A DNA stretch of 64,000 bases from NCBI RefSeq assembly GCF_009914755.1, contig NC_060931.1. One strand, given 5' to 3'. The stretch's first letter is position 1. Every line of letters begins with the position of its first letter. The stretch is from the human T2T-CHM13v2.0 reference genome, Homo sapiens. Positions 1 through 16,999 of the stretch are shown one piece after another. Made by a program: the position numbers and the translations under genes. The notes beneath the pieces are model-generated. The model was not told where the DNA came from. It saw nothing but the letters and a program-made list of their open reading frames with translations, and did no database searches.

Positions 1-239
1 ATATATATAATACAGAATGACACTAAAATCTAAAGGATGGAAATAGGAAAAACAGATCTATTAGATACAAATTTCTTATATTTTAAGTAAACTTCTACAA
101 TATAGTAAGTAGACAAATAGTTTTAAATGTATCATTCTTTATTTTCCAGAATAGCCCTGAAAATATTAGAGGTATAGCAAAAAGCCAACAAATAAAAATC
201 AAAACAGAATCTAAAAATATTATTCAAATATTTAAATAG

Positions 240-932
240 AGTCAATTCTAGGAGAAAGTTTGGTATAATATTAAAAAATCAATCAATGTAATTCATCTTG
301 TTAACACATTTTTAAAAATCTATTTGATTATACGTACAGATAGAAAAAACTTGGTAAAATTCCAAACTCATTTATAATAAAAACACTCAGAAAATTAGGT
401 AAAAAAGGGACTTCTTCAATCTAACAAAGGCACCTGAAAAAAACCAACAGCTTATGTCACACTTAATGACAGAAATATTAAACGTCTTCCCATTTTTATT
501 TCTTAAATATTAAACATGTTCAAGATCATAAACAAGTCAATAATGTTCACCCTTACCACTTCTATTCCATATTGTACTGATGCATAAAGACAAGAAAAAT
601 ACTAAAAAGCTAGGTATCAAAAGATAAAGAAAACCTTTTTCAGAGATGAAAGGACTACTTACATGCAAATATTAAAAGAAATCTATATATTAACTACTCA
701 AATTAGTAAGTTCATACATTAATTTATTATTACAACATATAAAAATTATATTTTGTATACTAATGATAAACAATTGGATAATTGAATTTTAAAACCTGAA
801 TTTATATTAAAAAACATAAAATATTTAAATTTAGCAAAAGACATGCAAGACTTGTGTACAGAAAACTAAAAACAGTTGCTAAAGGAAATGAAAGACAGTT
901 TTAAAATATAGAAATAGAAATAATGTCCTGTT
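240..932 (+). mobile_element. Old, decayed L1M ORF2 fragment; resumes at ~3892 after the younger L1 insertion
   Basis: A-rich sequence with L1 ORF2-like phrases (aatcaatcaatgtaattcatc; ataataaaaacactcagaaaattagg; accacttctattccatattgtactg). Boundaries approximate. Confidence 0.6.
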
Positions 933-3890
<2,958 letters not shown>

Positions 3891-4029
3891 AAAAGACTAA
3901 ATATGTTAAAACCAGTACTCTCTAAATTTTATCTACAGTCATTAAAATCTCAATTGTTATCTCAACTGTTTTTGTTTTCTAAGAAACTGAGAAGCTGATT
4001 CTAGAAGGTATATGAACACACAAAGAATT

Positions 4030-4744
4030 TATGGGAAGTCCCGCTCCTGGTTAGAAGCCTATGTATGATGTTTCAGGCCATAGATAATTAATTACAAAGG
4101 CTTTACCTGGCTGGTTTACAGGGTGTGGAGAGGCTGTTCTGCCCACCCCAGACTTGGTGCACAGCCAATGCATTGCAGTCTTTGAAGGGAGTTGCAGTCA
4201 AGGACCCCCTGGCTGGTCACGCCCTTGTGCATATTTATATTGCCAGCTCAGGATCCTTCATTCTTAGGTCTCTTTTTCTGAGGCCTATGTAGAGGTCTTC
4301 TTCAGGTGCCTCTGTCAAGGCCTCCTAATAGGAGAGGAAGAGAGAGCCTTAAAGACACTTTTCTCCACTCTGAGTACCCAGTGAGTTTCCACTTTCTCCT
4401 TGCAGGGCTCCCCAACAGTGAGACAACTCCATGTCTGTGCTAATCCAACTAACACTTGACCAGTGCCATTTCCACAGGGAAAAACAGAACAGGGGGAGTC
4501 AGTAATTTCTCTGGCTTTAGACTCTTGCTTACACTATTGAAGGAGGTAATTAAAGATTTAACTCTTTCCTTTGGGGCTTGTTGCTTTAATTGGCTCACTA
4601 CCTGGATGCAATATACCCATGTAACAAACCTGCATGTGTACCCCCTGTATCTAAATAAAAGTTGAAATTTTAAAAAGAATAAATATGTTAAAATGAGTAC
4701 CTAAGTCCTCAGCACTCTTTTTCAGCTATGCTGAGCTCCTGACA
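4030..4744. mobile_element. LTR-like insertion interrupting L1M ORF2 (family not assigned)
   Basis: GC-richer block ending ...ctcctgaca; L1M ORF2 reads continuously across it (...caaagaatt | ctagaatattcaaaacaat...). Confidence 0.5.
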
Positions 4745-5890
4745 CTCTAGAATATTCAAAACAATATTTAGAAAGAACACATTTGGAGTCCTTTCACTGT
4801 CTGACCAAGACTTACTATAAACCCACAATAATCAAAGTAATGTGGTACTGGCAAAAGGGCAGACAAATAAAAGATACACATTAAAACCACAATGAGATAC
4901 CGCTAACCATCCACATACCCACTCAAGTTAAACCACCTGGCAACACCAAATGCTGGCAAAAATTTGGAGTCCCAGAACTCACATATATTGTTGATGAAAG
5001 TGGATAATAGTACAACCAATGTGGAAAATGTTCTAATAGTTTCTTATAAAACTAAACCCCTCTGATCATCTACCCCTATGAGCCAGCAATTATACTCCTA
5101 AGTATTTACTTAAGAGAAATAAAGGCATAAATCTACAAAAAAAGACTTAAACTGGAATGTTTACAGAAAGTGAATTCATCATTGCCAAAACCTGGAGATA
5201 TCTTGAACGTCCATCTACAGGAGGCTGGCTAAACAAACGGTAGTATATCTATATGGTTACATATTCCACTGCCACAAAAAGGAATGAAGTACTGATACAC
5301 ACAACTTGAACAAATCTTAAAAATATTATTCTGGGTGAAAGAAGTAAACAAATCTTAAAACCATTATTCTGGGTGAAAGAAACTTTGCACAGAAGAGCGT
5401 ATGATGTTATTCCATTTATATAAAATTCTAGAAAAGAATAATTTATAATGAAAAAATCAGAACACTAATTGCCTCTAAGGAGTTAGCAGTGGGAAAAACT
5501 AAAGGCATGAGAAAACTTTGGAGATAATGGTAATATTCTACAATTTGGTAGGTTACACAGTGTATGCATTTGTCAAAACTTGTTTAACGGTATTCAAGAT
5601 TTGTGTGTGGTGCTGTATGCAAATTTTACCTGAAAAACACCTTGAACTCCAGTTAATTATACACGTGCTGAACTGCTTAGAAGTGAAGTATGCCTCCAAC
5701 TGACTTTTCAATGAATTAAAAAATTAGATGGATTGATGGATGAATAGAAGGATGGATAGATGGATAGTTATGTGGTAAAGCAGTAACAGTTTTATCCAGA
5801 ACCTAGGCGGTGGGTACATGCATGTTCACTGTATAATAGTTTCAGCTTCTATAGATGTTTGAAAATTCTCATAATAAAATGGAAAATAAT
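4745..5890 (+). mobile_element. Old L1M 3' region (ORF2 end and 3'UTR)
   Basis: aagacttactataaa...gtggtactggc; aaccacaatgagatac; (gatg)n-rich tail ending aaaattctcataataaaat. Confidence 0.65.
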
Positions 5891-6959
5891 GGCATGATTC
5901 TGTGTATTTTTTAATAAAATCAACTTTGAAATATGCTGATAAGAACCACATTGCTAATTAAAGAAGTGAAGTACAGGAAGGTTTGGGCTGTGTGTTTCTG
6001 TGTAAAAGAAGGAGGAGTCAGATTTACATAAACTTGAACAAGCAAGAACTATTATTTCTAAGAACATGTAGCAAAATAATTACAAGACTGTCTCTGGAGA
6101 AGGAACTTACCTTTTGTTCTCTGTTATAATTGAATCATTAACCAGGTGCATGTATTAATTCAATAAATAAACACATTAAAATTCAATGAGAGTTTAGTAT
6201 CCATAACATTCCCCGAGAGAAAAATCTAGAGACCACTGCAGTTTGAAAAGCATGAAAAGGGAGAGGAATATGTTTGCTGTTTTTTGTTTTTTGTTTTCCA
6301 AACAAAGAGAATACTGATGAAGAAACAAAGATTTGGAATTTAGTAAAGAATAGGGATCATTTGTTAATTTTCAGAAGCTTTTAGGATAAATAAAATGAAA
6401 AAGATGCTGGGTTATTTTGGCATAGAGTTTGATACACTTGACTAAAAGATTTAAAAATATACCTACATGTCAAGAAAAACTGAAGTATTCTATACCTTTT
6501 ACTACTTCTACTTAGCAGAGTTTATCTTGAGCCACTGTCCGTGGCATGTCCAATAAGTTGTAAAGGCTTCACACACACTCCTCATATGAACAAGTTGCTG
6601 AAATATTGTTAAAGTGTCACATTTTGTCCATTATAAGGTAAATTGTTTTTCACAATTCTATTTTCTTTGAAATACGGGTAAGTCCTATAATCAATCTTCA
6701 CCTTTAATGTGGTAGTACTAAACACCACCCAAAAGTAACAATTAGATATTTAATAGAACATCTTATAATAGAGAGAATCTCAGAATCAAATAAATAAGAT
6801 GGGTTAGTTTTTGCAAGCCTGTCTTTCTGGAGTTTCCTAGTATTCTTTAGAGTGTTAGGCCTATCATTCTCAGTTACCCACCAGACTGTACTTTACTAAG
6901 GCACAGGCAACTGCAAGAGTCAGACAATACTTGATAGTGTTGATATTGACACTTGAGAT

Positions 6960-7170
6960 TTGTGATCGCATAGGCATTGATTTGAGTCCTGACTCTGTTA
7001 CTTACTCTTGGATTATATGAACTTGGATAGGTTATTTAAGGTCTCTAGGTCTTATCTGTAAAATTTCCTAATCCGTAAAAATAGTGTGATGATAATAAAT
7101 AGCCTAGCCAAAAAAATAGACTTAAATAAATGTATGAAAAGTAGAGTAAGTGCTCAAAAACTTAGCTCTG
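6960..7170 (+). mobile_element. MIR SINE remnant
   Basis: tttgagtcctgactctgttacttact...tctgtaaaat...gtaagtgctcaaaaa. Confidence 0.55.
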
Positions 7171-7991
7171 CTTTTATGCAAAAATAAACTATTTTAAGCA
7201 GTTACATGATACGAGAAATCAGCTTGATAATGGAAAAAGATCATACCATTGTGGTCAAGTTTTACACAAACATGATCTGTTTCGTGGCCTAGACTGAGTT
7301 GAATTAGAATAGAAGAAACCATATTACAAGTATTCAGGAATTAAGCAAAGACAAAAAAAAATAGTTATGACTGTGATAACTGAAACAAGGGAAGAGATAT
7401 AAGAGACAATGCATTTAATTTGTGAATTGACAAATAAGGTAGGTGAGGAAAAAAGAGGCTTATGGAATTCTTGAACCTAACATGCAAGAAGAGCAGGGAT
7501 GCAATTTATTGGGAGAGGGGAATTGAGGAATAAGAGCCCGTTTATTGGTGTGTGTACGTGTTGGGGGAGGAAGGAGTTCAGTTTGGGACAACCATGAAGA
7601 CCCAGCAGACAGCTGAAATACTGTAATGAAGTTCCCTTATATTCTAACATATTACTTTTAGTTCTTTGAAGTCAATTCTGCACCCCACTTTTTGCTCTAC
7701 ACCCAGACAGTAGCACAGATTGGTGTTCAGTAATGACAGATGGAAAAGTGATGGGAGAATGGTGGTGAGTGGCTGGTGCATGCTGTGAGACTTGTGCATG
7801 AAGACTCATCCTGAGTGAAGAGCCACACGGTTCCACCAGGGGGAAGACTGATTTTTGCATATCATGCAGAAACTCAACCACCTGTTAGAGGAGGGAAACA
7901 GAGTGGGAAGGAACTACGCTGTAGGAAGGAAAGATGAACTTGAGTTTCACTTCTTAGTGCCTTTTCTCAGGGGAGAGGCCATCACTTGAAG

Positions 7992-8613
7992 ATGCTGAGT
8001 CTTCTGCTCCTTCTCCTGGGACTAGGTATGAGCCTTGTCTTTTGAGGAGTCTGGGGTTAATGTTAACACTGGGTGGAAAGGTGGAAAGACTTTCTCTCCA
8101 GAGAGTCTGAAGCCACCAGACAGAAGATGAAGGGGATATGTTAGATTAAAGAACCATAACAGAGTAATTGTTGGCACAATAAAAAGGAGGCAGTTCCCTG
8201 GGGTCCTTTGGGAGCTGAGGTGGTATTGGAGAGATAAAGCAGAGACCTTCCTGCCTGGGGAGATGTCTGACCCCAAGCTTGTCGGTCCTCATGAATATCT
8301 CTCTGGAACTAGGCTCTGTGTTCAGTGCTGTCATCTCTCAAAAGCCAAGCAGGGATATCTGTCAACGTGGAACCTCCCTGACGATCCAGTGTCAAGTCGA
8401 TAGCCAAGTCACCATGATGTTCTGGTACCGTCAGCAACCTGGACAGAGCCTGACACTGATCGCAACTGCAAATCAGGGCTCTGAGGCCACATATGAGAGT
8501 GGATTTGTCATTGACAAGTTTCCCATCAGCCGCCCAAACCTAACATTCTCAACTCTGACTGTGAGCAACATGAGCCCTGAAGACAGCAGCATATATCTCT
8601 GCAGCGTTGAAGA
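7992..8613 (+). CDS. TRBV29-1: T-cell receptor beta variable gene segment (leader exon 7992-8025; V exon 8313-8613)
   Basis: ATG at 7992, GT donor 8026, AG acceptor 8311-8312; spliced product MLSLLLLLLGLGSVFSAVISQKPSRDICQRGTSLTIQCQVDSQVTMMFWYRQ...SIYLCSVE with IgV Cys/Trp/Cys; immediately followed by a 23-RSS. Confidence 0.97.
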
Positions 8614-8652
8614 CACAGTGCGGGGCACAGATCAAAGATCTGAGCAAGAACC
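8614..8652 (+). other. V 23-bp-spacer recombination signal sequence
   Basis: Heptamer CACAGTG 8614-8620, 23-nt spacer, nonamer GCAAGAACC 8644-8652. Confidence 0.97.
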
Positions 8653-9515
8653 TCAGCTCTCTCCTACCCAGCTCCTCTCACACGAGCCTGAAGGCCCTGC
8701 CAAGGTGGGACAGAAGGAGGAAACCACAGCTTTTGGGCAGACACAGCTGTTTCTGTGTTTGTGGGTGGGCATGGGTATGAATGGATAGACTGGGGATGAG
8801 GAGAGCATCTGTAGGACTAGCTGGAGCGTTCTATCCACAGGCAGGAAGAGTGGCTCCTGGAAAGCTGAGGGTAAAATTTCTTCTAGAAGGGTGCTCAGAA
8901 ATACCCAATAAAAACAATCAGATACAGTTTCCTTCAAGTGGCGGGGTCAGTAATAGCCTTTAACTGTTTTATCTCAAGGCTCTTTTTAGCTGGTTTTCTA
9001 TCATAATATATTTTGGAAGAACTTTAGTCATCTTGAAACAAAGCTGGTACATTATATTAATGACATCTGGTTGTTCTCAGTGAATAGGAATGATAAAGCC
9101 CTCTAGATGCTTCAATATGACAATATGACACATGCATCCCAGGCCAACATAAAATCTGCAAAGTTCAGGAACCTTCTATACTGGTGAGTTTTGGAGTGGT
9201 CCAGATGTAAGAAGTAAGCTGCTGCACCTTAGATCATGTACCACGGAGAAAGAGGTGCAATGCTTAGTCTTTGGACTTTGAATTAAACTTTGGATATACT
9301 GCATTTGATTGTGCTACTCTATCCCATTTACTATGTAATCTGTAAAGCTGGGGCCAGTGCAAGAGAGGGTTCTGTGGCAGAAGAAGCCCATGATGAAAGC
9401 TTCCTGCTGCTTGGGCCATGGACTAAGCAGACCCAGTTGTTCTTGAAGAGCCTATGGTAGATACTGATGCCCTGTGGAGCTCCTGACATTCCCCAATACG
9501 AGAATCACAAGGCAG

Positions 9516-10016
9516 TGTGGAACAGGTTTGCTGTGCCCTGATTTGCACTTCAGACCATTGCATCTTGGGCTATACTTTTGTTGCTTTCCAGATCCCAGAG
9601 AGAAAGAATGCTCACACACACAAATTACATGAGGAGTGTTTATTACTTACATACAGGCAGCAAGGGAAAACAGAGGCCTAAGATTCAGGGAAAGCCAGTC
9701 CCACTAGGCTCAGGAAAGCTGCCCAGGGTGGATGAAATCTTGTCTGTGCCTTCCCTACTTGCACTGCCACTGAGGGACCTCAGAGAGCAGCCACCCTGGG
9801 TTTTATATCTTAGAGCAACTTGACATGCTTGGCAAAGCATTGAAGGACATTCTATTTCTAGAAGGGACTGGAACAGAGCCCTGGCTGTTCTGGCCAGTTC
9901 CTCCTTATCTCAGGATGTTACAGTCCCAGAACATTGTACAGTTATTTTTGAGAACTACAAGCAAGAAATAGGGGAGTACTGAGTTTGTCCAAGGCCACCT
10001 GGAGAATTGCCCTGCA
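9516..10016. mobile_element. Solo LTR inserted in a decayed ERVL-like internal fragment (~9050-10500)
   Basis: TG...CA termini with imperfect 5-bp direct repeats ggcag (9511-9515) / gacag (10017-10021); flanks resemble ERVL pol remnants. Confidence 0.55.
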
Positions 10017-11544
10017 GACAGGTGCAGAGTTTTGGTGTAAAGCCATACTCTTACCGGCCAACGATCCCCTTTCTTTTGAAAAGTTGCTCCTGGCTCTATA
10101 ATGGATGCCTCATAATGGCATTCAGAACAAGGTATTATCTGATCTGCAAAACTGTAAATTTGGCTGTGCCCAGAGCATTCTGTTATTAAATGGAAAATAC
10201 ATAATCAAGACCATACTTAAGCACAGCTGGAAAAAGGCACGATTCAATTTCAAGAGCACATCTCAGAGTCTCATGCTACCCACTCATACTTTTCTCCTCT
10301 TACCTTCAAACCACACCCAAGTTTCATGGAAATTCCATATTTCCAGTTGAGAAACATGAGCTTATTTTTTTGATGGGTCTTCACATTATTCTGGAAGGAT
10401 CATTACAGTCTAACCAAGTATGGTTCTGAAAGGTAGTGGTGAAGGGAAATCTTCTCGGGGCCAAAACTTAAATTGGTATACCTGATTGTTGTCCACATTT
10501 TATTGAAGAAGAGATGGCCAGAAGTATAGCTATATCTTATGTTCAATTTTCTTTCATACTATCATCTAGTCTCCTTACCTATTCAGTCATATTTTTCTTC
10601 TTTTTGCTTCTCTATGCTACAATCTGGGTAATTTCTTTAAAACTACTGTTTAGTTTACTAATTCACACCTCAGCTCCAGTAAGCCTCTAATTTAATCTTT
10701 CAACTGACTTTGTTCATCTAAATTATATTAATTTTTATTTCTAGAAAATCCACTTGGGTCATTTACAAATATGAGTGGACATTTTTGAAAGCATCTTGTT
10801 CCTTGTGTATTTTAAAATTATTTTCTTTTTATAAGTATATTAAGCATCTACTGGGAATTATTATCTGACAATGCCAGCATTTGATGCCTTTTTGCATCTG
10901 GCTTTCAGTGGTCTGCTGGCTCTCACTCAGGGTAGCCTATTTCCTTGTACATTATGTAAGTTAATGTGAATTCATCTTTCAGAATTCTTTAAATACTGGA
11001 GTAAAAGTGGGTTTTCTAGGAAAATTCATGTTTGCCTCTGTCAAGAAATTGGGGCGCTACAGACCTAATATCATTTTATTTTATAATTCTCAGTATATAT
11101 CTTCTTGGTCATAGAATGTCTATCTCAAACCCCAATGGGCTGACTGTTCAGTGACCATGAATATTCAGAGGAAATTTTTTAAAATCCTTCACCCAAAGCC
11201 AAGACCAAGACAAATAATATTCTTTGTTAATTGCTTCTAGGATTAGTTTTCTAGCTCATCCTTTCACTAACTGTGTATCTCTTTGTGTACCTCACTTTAA
11301 AAAGCAGTGATTCCTGTCTAGTTTCTGGTCCATGTAAGGTCTCATGGGCCTTCTCCAGTTTCCATGTGTACTAATTCTCCAGGTCACAGGAATGCACATG
11401 TATACCTGTTTTATCTCATGGGCTCAGTGCTAGCTTACCTTCCTGGCCCATGCTCCCATTACCATAGGAAGTTGACAAATTTACCTACAGTGAAGCCTTG
11501 GATTATGAAGCACCTTCCTATATTACAAAATTGCCTCTTTAAAA

Positions 11545-11790
11545 GCAGTAAAGCACTGTGGTTAGGAACTTGAACTTTGTCAAGTGACAGACCTAAGTTT
11601 AAAACTTGGTTCTTCTGCTTTAACACTAGGTGTAACCTTAACAAGTTACACAATTTCTCCATGCCTTAATTTCTCCATAGAAAATAAGAATAATAGTGAG
11701 TTTTTAAATGTAGGTTTTTTAAAATAAGAAAGTGATACAATTATCTGTATAAAAAGCACATAGAGACAAAATATGCAATTAGTGTAGTTG
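11545..11790 (+). mobile_element. MIR SINE remnant
   Basis: agacctaagtttaaaacttggttcttctgc...tgtaaccttaacaagttac...atgccttaatttctcc. Confidence 0.55.
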
Positions 11791-14349
11791 CTACCTAAAC
11801 GTATTTCTCACTATAAAAACATATTTTACCACTGGCAATTCCTTCCTCAAGAATAAGTATGGCCCTCTCTCAGAAAATTTTATCATTACAATTGTTTCTC
11901 TTTTAGCTATTTTAATTAAATAAAAAATTTGTGGTATTATAAAATATGCATATTATCAAAATAAAAAAGTCAAAATCACTCAGTTTAATAAAATTAGATC
12001 ATACAATATGTAGTTTTAGAATTTATTCCCTTAACCCAACAATATTTCATGAATATCATTTCATGTCAAAAATATTTTACATTAACTTTAATAAGAATAG
12101 TTCGATATACTGATGACCATCCTTCATACAATCAAAACCCATGACAAGGTATATATCCATAGGCTAGATGACAGGGTTATTTAATTTTAAATAGCAATTG
12201 TTTGTGTGCGTTGAATTATTTCTGTTGCAGACTCAGAAGGAAATCATGAAAGCCCTAAGTCTACCTGCAGATGGCTGGTTCTTTTTTATTCAGGTGTTAA
12301 CTTAAATGCCACCTCCCCAAAGAGACCTTTCCTGACCACTCTACGTAACAGCACTTCAGCAGTCATGCCATATTATCACTTTATCCTATTTTAGTAATAT
12401 GTACTCATCATTTACTGAAAGTGATGTATGTGCATCCCATTTCTATACCTCCTCATATGTGCATAAATGCATGCACATGCACACATGAATGCACTGAAAA
12501 CAAGAACCTTTTCTGTCTTCTTCGTTGCTGCTTCCAAATAGCCTAGAAGAACTCTTGGAATATCACTCCAGGAATTCAATAAATATTTGTGAGTAAATAA
12601 ATACATTTCAAAGATAAGAGGAAAATTTATACAGCTGCAGTGGATTTCCCTGGTGGAAAACTCTACAAAGGCATTTGAGTTTAGATAATCTAAGCCCATA
12701 AGAAAATTAACTAGATTATTCTAACAGGAAAGGAATAAGCACTTCAAACTTTATATTTTTTATTCTTGTTTTAAATTTATGTTTTAGTTGCGGGGAGGAT
12801 ACAAAAAGATTAAAGGACACAAAATTACAGCTAGATAGGAGGAATAAGTTCCAGTGTTTTACAGAACTGTAGGAGGACTACAGATAACAAGCATTGTATT
12901 TGAATAGAAAGGTCCATATGTCATGTGCCAACCCCGTTCTGCTGCCTTACCCAAGACTGGGAAATGGAACAGATGATATGGGTTCTATAGAGAGGCAAAG
13001 TGCAGAACCTGCTCAAACACAGTGGCCCTGGGGTGGAAAGTTCTCAATTGGAATTGTGTTGGTGCCTGTGTGGATGGAGCATTCAATTCTGAGCCTTAGG
13101 AGCCTTTTGAAGGCCCTCCTGGCCAAGATGATCTTGAGGAAATGACTGACCCATTGGCTGCCTTCCAAATGGATGACACAGTCTAGACTTTTATAAACTA
13201 CATGAGTAGAAGGAACCCAGTTGACTGGATTTATCACCAAACCTAGCTTGTGAGCCTCAGTCTAGAGCTAGCATAATTTAGAAAAATAAATGCATACATC
13301 ATATATTAAACTCTGAGTATCATGAAACAGATCCTAGATGTTACAATAATAAGAACCTACATGGGTGTTTCTCCTGCACTCTGTCCTGGCTTTCTTCTGC
13401 TTCTTGTCTAAGGGAGCCTGGACTCACTTAAGCAGCTCTAATAGGCCAAACAAGAGAGTGGTCAAGGAGTGGCTGAAATGTGAACAGAAAGACTCACCAT
13501 TATATTAGAGCAATCAATCTATCCTTAAAATACTGTGGGTTTAGTGTCAAGTGCTAGAGGCTTCCCCATTTACCCATACATGGAAGCCTGAAGAATAAAC
13601 AGAACTATAAACTTCCCTCTGGGCATAAAACTTGCATGTCTTCCATGGCTTCAAGCTGGGGAGCAGCTGGGCAGGCAGAAGGAGGGGCAAGAGGCAGTCA
13701 AGAGGAGGGGCGGGAGGCAGGCGGGGAGGAATGGGCTACTCCGTTTAGCTGATCAGCCTTGACCAGTTCATGCTCTGGGACTCCATCTTACAAGTCAGAC
13801 TTTTCCGAGTCACACAGAGCACTCCCTTCACTCTCCAGATTCAATGATTCCTGGGATGATATAGTAACGAAAATAATTCCTTATTGGATAAAGAGAAATT
13901 GTGCTGTGCGGGAGATAAGTAGCTTAGAAAAAAAAATGGATGAGGAGAGGAGCTGGGAGTTTGGGGGTAAGACAGCCTAAAATCTGACAGTCTGGTTGGG
14001 GAACGATAAAAGATACTGGAACCCAAGGAGGAGATCAGTAAGAATGTAGGAGAAAGATCTGGTGGGATTTGGAGAAGAAAGTGTTAAAAAATAAAATTGG
14101 AATATGACAGTTTGCAGACTACTAGGTCTGAAAGACGCAACTCTGTAGCAACATGAAGGGGAACAAACTTTGTCTGAATAGGGAAGTTTCTAGTATGATC
14201 TCTGCTTTCCTTAGACAAGTAACCCTGGAGAAGACACTTGACCTCTGAGCTTTAGATTGTTCATCTGTAAAAAGGAGAGAACAATATCTGCTGCCTACCA
14301 CCTCAGTGAGGCTGCACTAAGGATCAGCTCAGAGGAGGCAAAGCAGAAT

Positions 14350-14600
14350 GCCCTATTGCACAGCATGGAGGCCCTAGAGTCGGACCACCATACTTACATC
14401 CCATCTTTAAAACCTCCTGGCTGTGTGGCCTTGAGCAAGCCACTTCACCTCCAGAAAGTTCATTTGATCATCTGTAAAATGGGCAAGCCCATAGGTGGTT
14501 GTGATGATAAAATGAAAAAAACATTTTTAACTTACATGAGTTACATGCTGTAGAGTAAGTTATGTGGTATATAGTAAGCACACAGAAAAGACTCACTGTT
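14350..14600 (+). mobile_element. MIR remnant containing the proximal breakpoint of the trypsinogen repeat
   Basis: ctgtgtggccttgagcaagccacttcacctc...catctgtaaaatggg; only the part 3' of ~14438 recurs at 25232 and 35810. Confidence 0.7.
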
Positions 14601-16999
14601 ATCAAAATTAAAGGAAAGTGGTTTAGTGTGCTAAGCACTAAATACAAGCCAGAGAGATGTCTTGAGAAGTAGACAAAGAAATCTACAATTCAGAATGAAC
14701 AGTAACAAGAATGACATGTCCTCCAAATTGAGCTTTGGCAGCTGGATCTGAACCTATCCTACACATCTGAGTCTACAGTATGAGGTAACAGTCTCCACCT
14801 ATAGCTATCTTCTCTGCCTGTAAGGTCATTCCTTTCTGAAGAAAGCTGACCTCAGACTATTTTGCGATCATTTAAGGAAGAGCGCAAAATACTGGAGAAG
14901 GCTAGTCTTCAAGCTCTAGATACAGAAAATCCTCAAATTCTTGGGTGTTCCCTTTCAGACTGAGAGTCAGAGCCACAAGCACTGATCCAAAAATCCCCTT
15001 TTCCAAAAAAATTTTCCATCTTCTACCAAGGTTCACCTCCCTGTTTAGTGCACACTAGTATCTACAGTTGTTAGAGCAGGAGTCTCTCCTTATCCTCTAA
15101 GGCAGGTGTTCTGTGAAGACCCCATGACAAGGGACAAAATGAAACAACATGTTCAGGGACAACAAAGGAAAAGCCCATTTTATCAATGCTCCAAAACCTG
15201 GCTACCTCAGGCTTGGCAAGTTATTCGTGAGCAGAGAAGTTTGTCATCTACATGGCAGTCATGGCCTGGATGGGTCTCGAACTGTGGCATGGTAATGCTC
15301 TGAGACTAGGTGCCAGGAGAAAGATAAATTCAATCATCCATTTCTACCAGGAAGAAAAGCACCAGGAAGGAATCAGATGTACAGTTTGTCCTCTAGGGAC
15401 CTCTGTCTTGATCCTCAATAAATCTCCTTTTAGATACCTCCTCTTAGATGAAATTCCCACACTTCACAATGCTCTCCATGGCTTCTGTTGGCCTTATGGT
15501 CAGCTCTGCCAAGATCTGTATTCTTGGGCAAGACAGAATCCTTCTGAATCTCAGTCTCTTGCTCTATAAATGGAAACAATTTTGCTCTGCACAAATTACA
15601 ATTAGCATGTTTGTGGGAAGTTAAAGTGTGAAACTCAGCATAAATGAAAAGTAATGTACCACTGTTGCTTACATGAAAACTCTTGTAAAGTTGTCAGGCA
15701 CTGTGCACCATCTAAGCATAGCAGTGTTAGGTATGGGCCCATTAGTGATTAGAGGGGGTGCGAGGCGGAGAGGGGGTCTCCAAGCAGTGGGTCTCCTGGC
15801 TGTGGGGAAGCTGGCTCAGCAGCCATACCAGGAGCTGAAACCGAAGGTACTCTGTGTGTCCTCTCAACACCATGGGCCCCACTTTGGCATTATTTCCAAT
15901 TCCCTCTGGTTTCCATTTGCTTCCTCCCTCTAGCCCCCTGGCCAGGTCCGATTTCAACACCAAGTTTCTGAGCTTTTCCCATTTTGTCCACCGTCTCTAG
16001 AACATTTCTGCTTCTTTTACCTTTCAAAGAATCCAAACTTGAACTCTACTTACTCCTGCCCATCACCAGCCTGAGCTCAGAGTTGCTGAGAAGGGAAAGC
16101 ACCCTCATAAGGAAGCTCCTCCTTTCCCTACATCATTAGACTTGAGCACAGACAGCATCTCCATTTCCACACTGCTCTGGCCAGGTTGTGCCTCAGTCAA
16201 TTACACAACTGTGTCTTAGTAGCCTTGGTAGGGCCCAAATCAGGATATTCTCTAGGAAGATTCACTTTGTACTGAGCCAAGCATAATCTCACTGCATCGA
16301 AAATAGAAAATGATCATCTGATCATTCTGGTTCAGACTGTCAGCCCTGAGCAGGTGGGTCAGTTTGCATCACCTGAGTGCAGATTGCAAGGACAACAGTG
16401 AGGCTGCATAAAAAGAACCTATGACAGGATGCACATGAGAGAGACAAATGTCTTCACATTGAAGAAGGGGAGGAGTGCGCCATTGGTTTTCCATCCTCCA
16501 GAGGCACTGAGAAAGCTCCTACAGAAACTGTGCCCCCTCCTTCTTTGAAACACTTCCCATCCTTAAGCCTTGGTAGGAAGGAGAGAAATCTGGAAGCCCA
16601 GAATCCTATGGAATGCTGAGTCTCCCTTCTCCTTACCCCTTAGTGTTGGAATTTTCATTCCCCAAAATCTTGCATTTGACCTTCCTGCACACTGACTGGA
16701 GAGAAGCATCTTCATATTCACAGGAATGAGCCTTAGATAAGACTTTGCTCCTCTCATGTGGGCCCCAGGAAACTGAAATCCAAGCTTTTTACCAATGCTT
16801 GCCCTTCCTTAAGTACATTAAATACATTCCCAATAGGTGGAAAGATTTGTAAACAGCTAGGCCATTCTCCCTCCTTCTAACCCTCATCTCCAGGGCCTAA
16901 GAAAGCCCAGCTCTGTTATCTGGGGCTTGACTTTCCCTGTCTTCCCCATCCCAGTATCCTTGCAGGAAACAGCCGGTCTCGCTCTCTGCTCTCAGAAGG

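Noticed and set aside
8279-8788. 169-aa ORF over TRBV29-1
   Set aside because: Unspliced reading from the intron through the RSS; the real product uses the leader exon and ends at the heptamer.
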